DNA from: Takakia lepidozioides
Taxonomy: Eukaryota; Plantae; Bryophyta
DNA length: 64,000 bases
NCBI GenBank assembly: GCA_030704615.1
Contig: CM060732.1
Span: 25,916,001-25,980,000 of the forward strand
Direction of reading: 5' to 3'
The notes beneath the pieces were generated by a model. That model did no database searches. It had not been told where the DNA came from and saw only the letters and a program-made list of their open reading frames with translations. Each line of letters starts with the position of its first letter. The first letter of the stretch is position 1. Shown here piece after piece: positions 35,601 to 47,668 of this stretch. Made by a program: the position numbers and the translations under genes.

Positions 35601-37558
35601 GTGCTGAGTACCTCGGGAGTCTTGCACCACTACTTGATGAGGCTCTGCACCCATAACAGAAAAATTGGAGAAAACTTGGAAGTTGCTGCAACCTATCCCC
35701 TCCTTATTTGGGCGACACCAGACCCATGCACCTTGCAATCTATGGCATTTGAAGCTTTGTAATTCAATCTCCAACTAGATTAGTGTGATCATAGTTTCAC
35801 AGACAATCTCTTGCTTAGTGTACTATAATAACAATTCACCTGAGGTCCAGAACTTGTGCTCTCGGAGAAGAACTGGCAAGGCCCTCTCCACCAGACTACG
35901 GTTACCATCTTCAATGTAGATGGCATGCACCATCATACTCAAAAGTGGAGGCTGGCTTCCTTAGTCAACATATATCCCATCCAGGCCCACACACATTCTT
36001 AGAGACCCCAACAGGCTGCCACATTGATGAGGCAAGAACTTCCCAAACACCGAGTATTACACTCCAACTAAAAATACATATCATAAAACCAGAGAATGCT
36101 CACCTGCGATTTTCATAGTATGTCCTAGCACCATTCGGCACAAATCCATATATCTCGGCAAGTGCCAACAAGTTTTCCACCATACCCTTTGCTGTGTCCA
36201 CCATTTTACTTACAAGCAGACCCCTGTGGACACAACAAAGTAATAACTCATGTTAATAGTGGCATAATGTCCCTCATGTACACACATCACTCTGGGATAC
36301 TGGTGATTGGCCACTGGTGAACCCACAAAATTGAAGCTCTTTGTTTTGATTACCCTGTGCTGTCAACATTTGTTTCACTCGACATAAAATCAAAACAAAC
36401 ACCCAACAAATACTTAAGGTTGGACTGAGCAGCAGAGAGATGGAAGGGTCTTTATGAAAGGGGGGGGGGGGGGGGGGGGGGGGATGAAAAAAGAAAACAC
36501 CTGATAACCCAATAACTGTCCCAGTAGTAGACCTCTCTGAATCGTGCTCCCGGCACAACAATGGCCTTCTTCAATGGGAGCAGTGTATGCTGGTCCGGCT
36601 CTCTCTCTACTTTGGGGGCCACCTGGCGGGCAAGGATCAGCCACAGGGAGTGGACCTGCAAGGCCCACTTCCGTGCCTTAGAATTTCTAACAAGAGGCAG
36701 GAAATTCGGAGGGTTTGGGTGATAATCGAGTGGTGTGTCTGGTATCAGATCACTCTCGGGCTCGCTGAAATAATCCTTGAGAAAGTGTTGCAATGTGTCT
36801 GTAAGACAGAATTGGACCTCGGATCAATACATATGAGGAAGAGAAGAGAAACATCAAAGGACACCCCTTCATGAGGTTCTGCTATTAATAAACAGGTCAA
36901 TGAGGAAACCATAGTGAACTTCCCAAAGCGACAGATGAAGTATTTACCAGCTATATTATCTGCAACTTATCTTTACAGATTATCTCCTAGACAATGCTTG
37001 CGACAGACGATCCCATGCAGCTTCAAACCCACTTTGCGAAATTTCCAGAGTGACAAACTATGAAAGCAAACCGTCCACAATAATTCGGCACCAAGTTCGC
37101 TGCCTGTGGAAAAGAAACTGGTTCCTTGCAAGATACAAACTATTGAAAGAATTCACACTCAAGCCCGCGGTCAAGCATGTCAGAGCAACGTTGTCAAAAA
37201 CAGTCCCCACTGTGATAGCAAAATTTCAGACGGACCAGGCATTTATACCGAAAGTTAAACCAAGTCCTGAGACAGACAAAGCGAACCAAAGACAAGTCTA
37301 CAAACAAAACTGAAAAACGAGAGAAGGCGGACCTGATGCAATGGTGTCATTCTCCGAGCGGGGTAAGGATCCAAACACTTTGATGGTGACATTGACGGGA
37401 AACTTCAATGGCAAATCAACATAATACTTTGGGTCGAAATTGGGACCCCCACCGAAAGATGCCAGCGCCGCTGATTGCACTGCCATCAAGAAGGTCAAAA
37501 GTTCGGACACCGACGATGGGGACGGTGATCGGACACACCCGCCAAGCGCCATCGCCAT
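32615..37558 (-). CDS. TRE1: Alpha,alpha-trehalase (GH37), multi-exon
   Basis: DPKYYVDLP, VPGARFREVYYWDSYW, GFVPNGARTYYENRSQPP, PRPES, AESGWDFSSRW, VPVDLN, WDFPNAWAPLQH, EKYD...GGGGEYNPQTGFGWTNG; stop at 32615-32617. Confidence 0.95.
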
Positions 37559-40156
37559 GCGCTCTCTGCCTTCCACCGCACCACCCTCCCACGCACTGCA
37601 ATGTTCGCAGCCCGGCACCCACCCACGTCAACCACCCTGATGATGAAAGCCTCGCTGCTTCAAATCAGTGTTTACAATACATGTACGTATATCTATCTGG
37701 TATACAGTTTGTTAATATGTATTTGTAATGTATTAACCCTTCACTCCCTATCCAACCTAAAAATAGGGATATCTTGCCTAGATTTTATTGAAATTAAATG
37801 ATTGCTGAAGCAAAAATTTGCTGACAACAGGATGGTCCGCACCCACAAACTGAATTGAAAGCATTTGGAGCATCCTGACCTACAAATTTTTGCAAAGACC
37901 CTCGGGTTTGGTAAGGAGAGGGGTCTGGTAGGTTGAGCACCTGCGTGGCAACTTTGTATTGCTGCGTGCAAGAGCCAGCTCCAAAACACTTGGCCCCACT
38001 TAGGCCCATTTTGGAAAATTCACCATTGGATTCCCAAAAACATTTGACGTTATGAGGAGAATCATAAGACCTCATTCTCTCATGGCTTGGATAGAAAAAA
38101 ATCTTGGATTTCTACACACTTTATGACAATGTTAGAAATTCCACGTCGGAAGGCAATAGCCCTATGGGGTCAAGTGACACCATAAGTTATGCTTGCTTCG
38201 GCAACGCGTCCACTTAAAAAAAATAAAAAATAAAAAAATAAAAAATCCATGTTTTGACCCATATCTGAACTCCCCAAAGAGCGCATACAAAGGAGCATGT
38301 AGCATTCTTTGGCCATTTGGCATTAAACTTTGTATTGCATACTTTAGGGCCGTGGGTGCGGCGGGCCCAGCAAAAATCAACCCGATACTGCCATATCTTG
38401 GTCAAACATGACATTGCAGGTTTCTCAAATCACCCCCCCCCCAAAAAAAAACAACCCCCACCAATCTTAAAATTCTTGTGGTGGGATTCTTTGTAATTTG
38501 GTATATTGTTGTATGCCATACAGACAGTCTACCGCTTCCTGGCAGTAAAAATTCTGGTGGTGCCCCAAAGGGGTCTTTGGCCCTGTCACTGGGTCACAGA
38601 TCTGGAGTTCATTCTTACACACTTTGCATCGCTGAGGAGTTCCAAACTTCGCCGGGAAGCTCCTTCACCCGTCGTTTGCTCCGATGCAGCACTTGGTTTG
38701 TCGCGATATTTCATCGTTGTACAGATTGTTTCCTTCAATTGCCAAGACTCCTCGCCGCGTGCTCCTACTGGACTTGAAAGGCGGGAGAATAGAGAGATTA
38801 CAATTCGGGACTGGAACAATCGTTATGTATTGTTTCGAACAGGTGCATGTTATCGTTACTGATACCGAATTGGCAGCCTAACTCGTTGTCGATGCACCAA
38901 ACTTGGTGACAAATTATAATTAGATGCCTCGTAGCTGCCCGTAAATTTTCAAGAGAATCGGGGAAGAAAAGCCACACCTTAGGTAGCAACTGATTTATAA
39001 GGTTCATACTTTTGGATGTACTAAGAAAAATTTAAGGGAAAAAAAAACTCTATTTGTAGAAAGTTAAGGGTTAATAGGTCTGTATTTTGAATTGTCCAAA
39101 GATACACATAAAAATAAATTATCATTAGCAATTAATGTTATTATATCTATAACTAAAGGGTCCGAAATTCTGGCAGGGCTATTCCTGAAGGTCGAAAAAA
39201 GGGAGAGGATTGCAGCAGCCAATGGATAAGGAGGGCACTGGGGTGGAAAGGGTGAATTGCGAGGCCACGTGTAGAGGCTAGCAGAGAAGTAGGAGGGTGG
39301 GCCATCCTTCTACTTCCATAGCTTTCCATGAGACGAGAAGGTAAAAGGCTGCATTTTTCTTCCGCTTCCACCTCGCTTTGGCATGCCTCCCTCAGAAAAT
39401 TAAAAATTATCTGGAACCTATATCATCTTCAAGTATATAGTAATGTCAATAAATAGAAGTGTCAGTAGTCCCAAATTCTGAACGGAATATATCTATATAA
39501 TTACGCTTACCGTCTTTGATAAGAGTCTTCCTCTCCATATATTCTATATATTAGATATATTCTATAGCATAAAGTATGGTGTCTCTTGACTAAATCAAAG
39601 AGCTACTACCTTCCAGCGCGAAGGTGCACACCAACTTGATCCAGAACCACTATGGCCTTCCGATGGAAATTAGATATCCATCTTTATGTCAAACACACTT
39701 ATGCGATTTGAGCCCATGACAACTAGTGAAATGGTATTATGTCCTAACCACTTGGCTATGATCTATTGGATAGGGAACTTTTTTTTAAAACTTCTATTGG
39801 ATAGGGAACTGTCCAAATACTAAAGTCACAAGCGGCAGTTACCACCGTGGTGGATGACTTAGGATTATGACATTGCAACAGTGTAGAGCGTAGGCTTATA
39901 TCCATAGGCTTATATCAGCAAAATTGGAAATAGATACCACACAAGCCGCAGTTGGGTATCAACAGGAAATGAGTGTCTTTAATGAAAAAGTTCACAGAAG
40001 AGGATGAAATATAAAAGGGTGGCAGAAATGACCTAAAACAAAGGTCTTTCATTGTAGGTCTTTCATTTAGGTCATATTTATCCGCTTTTACAGAAATTAC
40101 TGTCTTTAATGAAAAAGTTCAATTAAAAATGAAAAGACGTCACAGAAAAGCACGTT

Positions 40157-42250
40157 CACTTAGCTCTTTTATTTTTAGGTCTTTTATTTAAGTTATTTAT
40201 AACTACTATGGAAGGACCTCACAAGAAGAACACTACTTACTCAAACTCACTTGTTTTCTTCTTGTTCTGTCGCTTCTTTCTCTAGTTGCAAAGCATTGTC
40301 TCTCTTTAAGTTTGAAGCTATGGCAAGAGCGGTCAAACGAAAGTGCCCTCTGTTTGTGTGTAGATGATCTAGATCTTACAGTCCAAGATGCAGCTTTTGA
40401 GGGTCTTATACTGAGCAGATATGACAATATCAACAAGCCATCTAGAAGACTCCCCAAGTACATGGTTATATTTGCATTGTGATCTCACGGATAGGTTTGG
40501 TTTGACAACAGTCGGTGTTACTGTCCCGGGGTCATTGGTCCAGACCCACTCGGATAAAGTCTACAAAATACATATTTACAGTTGGAGAATTTCTCTGTAC
40601 GTCCTAAACTTAAGTTTGAGAAAGACGATTTGATGTACTACTTGAAGATTACAGCAATAGTGACGGTTGCAAACTTCTCATGGAATCTTTTTGAGAAAAC
40701 ATTGATGGTGTCTTTGTAAAAGAAGTTGAGTACTGGAGGGATGTGAAATGGTGGTATGACCCACGTCACAAGGGAGGCGGAAGTAATCTTCAAGCAGTAT
40801 ATCAAATCGCCTTTCTCAAACTTTAGTTTAGGATGCATGAAAAAATTCTCCAAGCGCAAATATGCGCCTTTGTAGATTTTTTTTGAGTGGGTCTGGACCA
40901 GTGTTGGGCGGTTACCTGTTGGGACCCAGGTTAACCGCCGGTTCAGGTTCAGGTTAACCGGAACCGGGCCCATTCCTGCAGAACCCGACCCGGAACTGGA
41001 ACCTGCCAACGGCATAACCGAACCGGCGGTTCCTGCTGGGTGTGAGAACCGGAGAATTGGGGCGTAGTGGGATAAAAATAGGTTCCGGTTCTTGAACCCT
41101 TGTGGGCCCTTGGCATAACATGTGGAGAGCTGGTGGGCCCATGGCAAAACTTCTTTAATGCTCTCAAGCCTCCTCAGATCTTGGGTTCAATGCTTGAAGG
41201 CTATGAGATTCTATGTTCAATGCTTCAGCGCCATGAGATCTTGGGTTCAATCTCCAGCTCCATGATATCCTTGCTAAGTTCATTAATCATGCCAATACTT
41301 GCCAGGTAGCTGAATAGTAATTTCAACCCATAAAATTTTACCCGTTTTCTTCTACCAGTTTATTTAGAGTATTTTTGTTTGTTTTTTTTGTGTTAGTGAA
41401 AACTAATAAAATCGTTGGATTTTAGTTCAAATATGTGAATACACTGCTATTTAATCTACCGGACTGATAAAATATTTTAAATCTAATTAACATATTTTAA
41501 AAATAGAACCGGAACCTAAAAGGGAACCGGTGCTTTTTATCAGCAACTAACCGGTAACCGGAACCGCCCCCATGTTTAAAAGTTGGATCCAGAACCGGAC
41601 TGGAACCGGCTCAATAAAAAAAAACCGGAACCGTCTCTTGAAATAATTGTGGAACCGGAACCGAAGGTTCCTTCACAAATGCAAGAACCGCCCAACACTG
41701 GTCTGGACCAATGACCAATGGTGGTATGACCTGCGTCACAAGGGAGGCGGAAGTAATCTTCAAGCAGTACATCAAATCGCCTTTCTCGAACTTTAGTTTA
41801 GGACGCATGGAAAATTCTCCAAGCGCAAATATGCGCCTTTGTACAATTTCTCTGAGTGGGTTTGGACCAATGACCCCGAAATAGTAACACTGACTGTTGT
41901 CAAACCAAACATAACCGTGAGATCTCAATGCAACCATGTTCTTGGGAAAACCTGAATAGATGGTTTGTTGGTATTGTCTTATCTGCTCAATATAAGATCC
42001 TCAAAAATTGTATCTTGGACTGTATGATCTAGGTTATCTACACACAACAGATGGTGCTCTCGTTTGACCGCTCCTGCCATAGCTTCAAATAGCTTAAAGA
42101 GAGAAAACGCTTTGAAACTAGAGAAGGAAGAGGCAGAACAAGCATAAAACAAGATTGAGTGAGTGTGCTTTTCTTGTGAGGTCCTTTCATAGTAGTTATG
42201 AGACCAATGACGTAAATGGAAGACCTAAAAATAAAAAGAGCTAAATGTGA
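40157..42250. mobile_element. Non-autonomous foldback/MULE-like element with ~500-bp diverged terminal inverted repeats
   Basis: 40157-40652 aligns by eye with the reverse complement of 41753-42250 (e.g. TTAGCTCTTTTATTTTTAGGTCTT vs AAGACCTAAAAATAAAAAGAGCTAA). No coding capacity; TSD not resolved. Confidence 0.8.
40899..41700. mobile_element. Non-autonomous hAT element (802 bp) nested in the foldback element
   Basis: Perfect 15-bp TIR CAGTGTTGGGCGGTT; perfect 8-bp TSD GTCTGGAC (40891-40898 and 41701-41708); many subterminal AACCG(G) motifs. Confidence 0.93.
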
Positions 42251-43456
42251 TCAGCATTTTTTCTATTGGCGATTTTTCGCCATTTGGCCGCCTGAAAATC
42301 CCCTTGGCGAATGAAACAAAGGGAAAAACAAAGGGAAAAAGACGTCTAAATAAGGCAGTTTTTGCCAAAAATGGGGGATCTTATAAAAGTCCTCGCCAGT
42401 GGACCCAAGGGGTAGCACAAATGTGGACATGGCGGCCCCATGTCAGGGTTATCTGACGAGCCAGATGAGAAGTGGATTGAGGGTTGTGGGGCCTCCTCCG
42501 TTTCCATGGAGTTGCTCGTCGCCTCTCTTGCCTACGCACTTGGAAAGCTTCTCGCCGCATGCAATCTAGGCACCTTTGCCTAGATTTGCAGGGTGTAAAT
42601 GTTTGATTGATATCTTGAACATAGGCCATGAGGTTCTAACAATTATATCTGCTAGTGATTATATGCAATTGTAATTACAGTTCCATTTCTTTGCAATGAA
42701 TGGTAGACCTATATTCCTTGATCTTAGCAAGTATGGTGCAAGTTTAATCGTGGGCTGCAGGAACCTATGCTGCCTTGGACAGGGTCCTATGGGACTGAGG
42801 CTCAACTCCTCCTCAGGGTAAATGTCCATGTCAAAATCTGATGATCTCTATGTGTGCTTGGGGGCTGGTTTGTATGCTTGGGAGCTAGTCTATATGCTAG
42901 CCTTAGGGGGGTGCCAAATAACACTATTTGTAATATGTCATAAGCCATAACTATAGACCTCATTTGTACCAATTACCTTGTGATTTTAACATAGAAAGAG
43001 TTCCGCCTATTATGGCTTTCAGCTATTTCTGTACTTCGCCTTCCATTGCTCATCAACATCCATTCGATTCGCCAAATATGACAAGAGCGGAAATACATGT
43101 AGCCTACCAGCTCGAGGAAAATTACCTAGAGTGGGCCACTTGCAGTGACTACCCTACGCTCAATAATATAGCCACTCCTTATTAAAAACGCTGAATGTGA
43201 CATGAACGTAGGAGATGAGATGAGCTCCATGCGCTGGGAACAGCGCATCCCCACCAACATCCTTCCTAACATTTCACATGGAAGTCCAACTCCTCCGTTC
43301 GTGTTGAGGCTCCACGTAAGCACCCCGTCACACATCTTTCTCGATGTACTTGCCCTCATGTACGTACGTCAGGGTGTGGTCTACGATGTATTACCGAATA
43401 TACAGCAAAATGTGCTGACGACAAAACCATTAAAATACACCCTTAGGACTTTATTG

Positions 43457-43865
43457 TAGGGCTCAGAATTTTGTGTGGCCTCGTTGTAATGAGGCTACCT
43501 GCATGAAGGTAATTACATATTACCTCCATGGAGATAGTTGTAGCCGCCTACCACCGGAACAGTGTTTTTCTTTTTGGTGAAAAATCGCAAAATGGCCACC
43601 TCAAAACATTTCTCTTGTAGCCACTCCTGCTATTTTTCAAATTTAAGGAAAAAATCACCGCATCGGAACTACTCACGTTCAGGGAATGGAACCCGAGTCC
43701 TGCATGTCCACATTAACATCGACACACCGCCAGACCACAACCCCCACCAAGCCAGAGATTTGAAGTTTGTTTTATATATAAGAGAAAAATGCAAGTAGGG
43801 ATCGTTTTAACGTAGCGGGCCCGCTGTCAGGTCCCTGTCCAGGCCACACAAAATTCAGAGGCCTG
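43457..43865. mobile_element. Old hAT-like MITE
   Basis: About 25-bp TIR with a 16-bp perfect core GAATTTTGTGTGGCCT (43466-43481 vs 43841-43856) and (T/C)AGG termini. Flanking 8-mers match only 5/8. Confidence 0.55.
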
Positions 43866-44139
43866 CTGTAGTCGGACATCATTGTCTTCTACCACAAAGC
43901 GGGTAGTTGGCAGATGCATCTTAATTTTGGAGCTCACGAATGGTCCCTCATCGAAGTTGATTTAAGCAAAGTGAGTCGAAATGTAGATAGCACATGCACA
44001 GCCCATCGAGGGTGCCAATGCACAAAGAGGCTGAATTTCCCATCTGAAATTTGATTGTGTCGTCCAGAAGCAGAATTCCAGGAAAAGAGAGAAGAAGAGC
44101 ATCCTCCCAAGACTCGAAGATGTCGACCTGAATTCCATC

Positions 44140-44308
44140 ACGGAGCTCTGTTCATGCTGGCCAGATATATCACCTTGCTCCCATCTGGTCTGTCCAATGT
44201 AATTGACGTCACCTTCTATACCTTAGTTTTGAAGCCCTCGATGTCGGTGAGCTTTCCATTCTGCAAAACTGCAGTCACTCTCTGTGCAAACCGCACGACA
44301 CATGGCTT
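44140..44308 (-). pseudogene. DUF538-family gene fragment
   Basis: Minus-strand translation KPCVVRFAQRVTAVLQNGKLTDIEGFKTKV*KVTSITLD...SKVIY resembles the C-terminal half of plant DUF538 proteins. Contains an internal stop and apparent deletions. Confidence 0.5.
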
Positions 44309-44440
44309 TTTAGGGGGTCAGATTATGTTCCAAAATCGATCCCCGATCTTAAGCTCCCCACAGAGTTTGAAATTAGTAATTTCGCTGCATAGTGTATGGC
44401 AGATTTCAGAATCTGCTGCGACATTTGCATCCACAATGGG

Positions 44441-45766
44441 AACTTAGCTTTTATGCAAGAAATCTCTGACATATGAAGGTCAACAGATTGTTGACCAAGC
44501 AAGGATCTGTAAACCAAGCCTACATCCAGGGACACACTATCTTAAATATGCTACAGTAAGCACATGATTCCCAGCTAACTCATTCAAACTCAAGAATCTA
44601 CCATGAATCAATATCTTCATTTCTGTGCGGAGAGAAATTTCTTCGGTCGATCGCCAGGTTGAATGTGACAGTCGCTAAACGAAGTACCGAATATATTCGT
44701 AGTAGTAATCTTGTTAATTGAACATCCAACTTCTGGCCACTTATCCATGATCATATCCACTTATCGAAATCCATCAGATCAGCGATGTCTAATTCATGGA
44801 TAGTGGAGAATGCAAAAGTAGAGCCCTCCACACCCATCGCTACATAGTCCTTCGTCTCATTCTTCTCAGGACCTCGTTCAGACTAGTAACTTCCATCTTG
44901 TCAACGACCTCAGAACCTGTTTCTACCGCAGCCACCTCCTTCACGAGTACCCAGCTCAAGAATCTTCACTGCCTCGATAATCGGCTAACCCGGCTCAAGA
45001 TTCTTCAGTGCCTCGATAATCGGCTCACTAGTGTCTGTACTGGTACTTCCATCAATGCATTGACTACCTGCAGTCGTATTCTGTGCACCAAACTATTTAG
45101 CTTCTATTCAAGAAATCTGTGACAGTACTTCATATGAAGGTCAACAAATTGTTGATCAAGCAAGAATCTCTCAACTATGCCTACATCCAGGGACACACTA
45201 GTTAATATGGTACAGTAAACACATGATTCCCAGCTAACTCATTCAAACTCAAGAATATACCATGAATCTTCACTCGAAGTTCATTTATGTGTGGAGAGAA
45301 ATTTCTTCAGTGTACTCGTGGCATGGATCGGCAGGTTGAATGTGACAGTCGCTAAATGAGTACCGAATATATTGGTAGTAGTAATCTAACAGTTGTTAAT
45401 TGAACTCATCCATGATTATTACCTAGTCGCAATCCATCAATCAGGGATATCTTCATGGATAGTGTAGAATAGAATGAAAAAGTTGAGCCCTCCACACCCA
45501 TCGCTACATTGTCCTTTTTCTCATTCTTCTCGGGACTTTGCTTAAGACTAGTTACATCCATCATGTCAACGACCTCAGAACCTGTTTCTACAGCAGGCAC
45601 CTTCTTCGTACCCAGCTCAAGAATCTTCACTGCCTCGATAATCGGCTAACCCGGCTCAAGATTCTTCATTGTCTCGATAATCGGCTTACGAGTGTCCGTA
45701 GTGGTACTTCCATCACATTGACTACATTGACTACCCACAGCAGTATTCTTCTGTGCACCAAACTAC
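44441..45766. repeat. Diverged tandem duplication of ~660 bp, each copy with an internal 39-bp tandem repeat
   Basis: Copy 1 ~44441-45095, copy 2 ~45096-45766. 39-bp units start at 44950/44989 and 45611/45650. Confidence 0.88.
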
Positions 45767-47668
45767 GTGTAGATTTCAAGACATGAAGCAGCTTCTCATG
45801 GCCCGCTTTCAACTCACGCTCAATAATAACCTTCGCATCCAACTCTTGACAAACTTAGGATCTTTAAATGGCTCAAAATATCCTCCTTATAGACAATCTC
45901 ATTGTCACTTGACGTCGAAGCATTAGATGCAGAATAAGTGAGAATAAGTGAGAACAGAAGATGAGAAGATGAGATGGACCAGTTGTCAAATTCGAACTGA
46001 TATCATGAATGCGTTTCATATTTTCTGAACATTGGTTTGTCCGACAGGTGCTTTAGAAGGCTGAATCCCTCAATGACATTGTAGTATGGATTATGGAGGC
46101 AAGATGCTTGCAGTGCCACCAAATCCGCTTGAAACATGGACAGGAGCATCCGCCTGTGCTCCTCTGGAGGTACCCGTCAAATCTTCCCTTGTGTCTTGTG
46201 TAACTCCTCTTAGTCCATTGTGAAATGTCGAGACCAAGTGTGAGTTACCCCGAATGGCGCCATGTAACGGGGTATAACCCCCAATGGAGTCTGCACTCCC
46301 TCCATGTACCCAAGTGTCACCCTGACTGGAGTTACACTGCCGTCAGTTCCCCATCACTCTATGCTCCTTGTTTGTTCTTCTTTCTTCTTCACTTTTCTTT
46401 TTCCCAGGCCAGTGGTAATGGACGCATACCACCTCAAAAGTGGTTGTGGGTCCAATCCACCAATTGGTGTCACAAAGGTGTCCACCTTACCGCCAAAAGG
46501 CACTAGACCTTCAGGGTCAAGAGACACCGTAATTTACACTTCATTCGGGAGGCATCATACTTCTTTTTCCTTTATTTTTCCGATTCAGATTCTCATATTC
46601 CTTACTTCAAACTCCTTACTTCAAACCTCCCTCGCCACTTCAATCCAAGAGAGACATCTTTCAGGTTACATCAGCTATTTCCACTGTCTACAGTGTGTAC
46701 CGCAAGTGCAGAACTCAAACTCAAACCCCGAGGTACACTCAAGTCTAGTGTTTTCAGTGTGTACCGCAAGTGCAGAACTGTACTGCGTGTCAAGTGTCGA
46801 ACAAGATGCTTATACAATTACACTGTGTTGGAAGGATACAGATGACTTTCAGCAAATGCAACAGCAGGGCATAGATCAACCTGTTGTGCCTTCCGTAACA
46901 AAGTTGCTGCTTCTCCAGGGGTTCTTTACATGCTAAGAACAAAAAGAGAGCAAGAAACAAGCAGGTGCGACGTTCAGGATGTTGGACATGGTGAAGACGA
47001 CGATGTGGCGGATGACGATGATGCGGCACCCATTTCTCCTCTATGCTAAATCGACTTTTCAGTCGTCACCAGAATTTACAATCCTCCGAAGTAGGAAAAC
47101 TTGAAACATCCGTACATACGGATGTTTCAGTATCAGTAATCTTACCCTGACAACCTGCAGATTTTTGAGTGATCGGTCAGATCTGGATGTTTGACCTGAC
47201 TGTATGCCCATTTTGGAGGATCCACTGGACTCCCTCAGACCTCCATTTGCCAAAAACTACCATGGAGGTACCGTTGACTGGCATGGCAGCCCACACAAGT
47301 TTCAGTGTAGTAACAGCGGCACACTCTGACAGTGTACTGGACTCTGATTTGAATTTTAGGTGGAACATTTGATCCTGAGCACTTGAGCATCAGACATCAT
47401 TCCATTGCATTTGGAGCACATCTGCCCCTTCTCTGCCCACCCCGTCTCTCCAGGTTGATCAATTTGTCAGCCAACAGGGTTTTATGGTGTCCTCAACTGC
47501 AGGGTTATGTGGCAGTATACACTTCAGGTTGGAACCCTTGACTGTTCATGCAAGCCACATCTTCTTTAGACATGCTTGTTCTACCGTTGTTTTCATCCTG
47601 AGCACCAAGGTTAGAGAACTGTCAGCATTTTGAGCAATTGCTTTTTTCTTTCGGGCACGTGGCTCATT

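Noticed and set aside
46304-46936. 210-aa ORF
   Set aside because: No domain, biased composition and an internal 25-bp direct repeat; likely non-coding.
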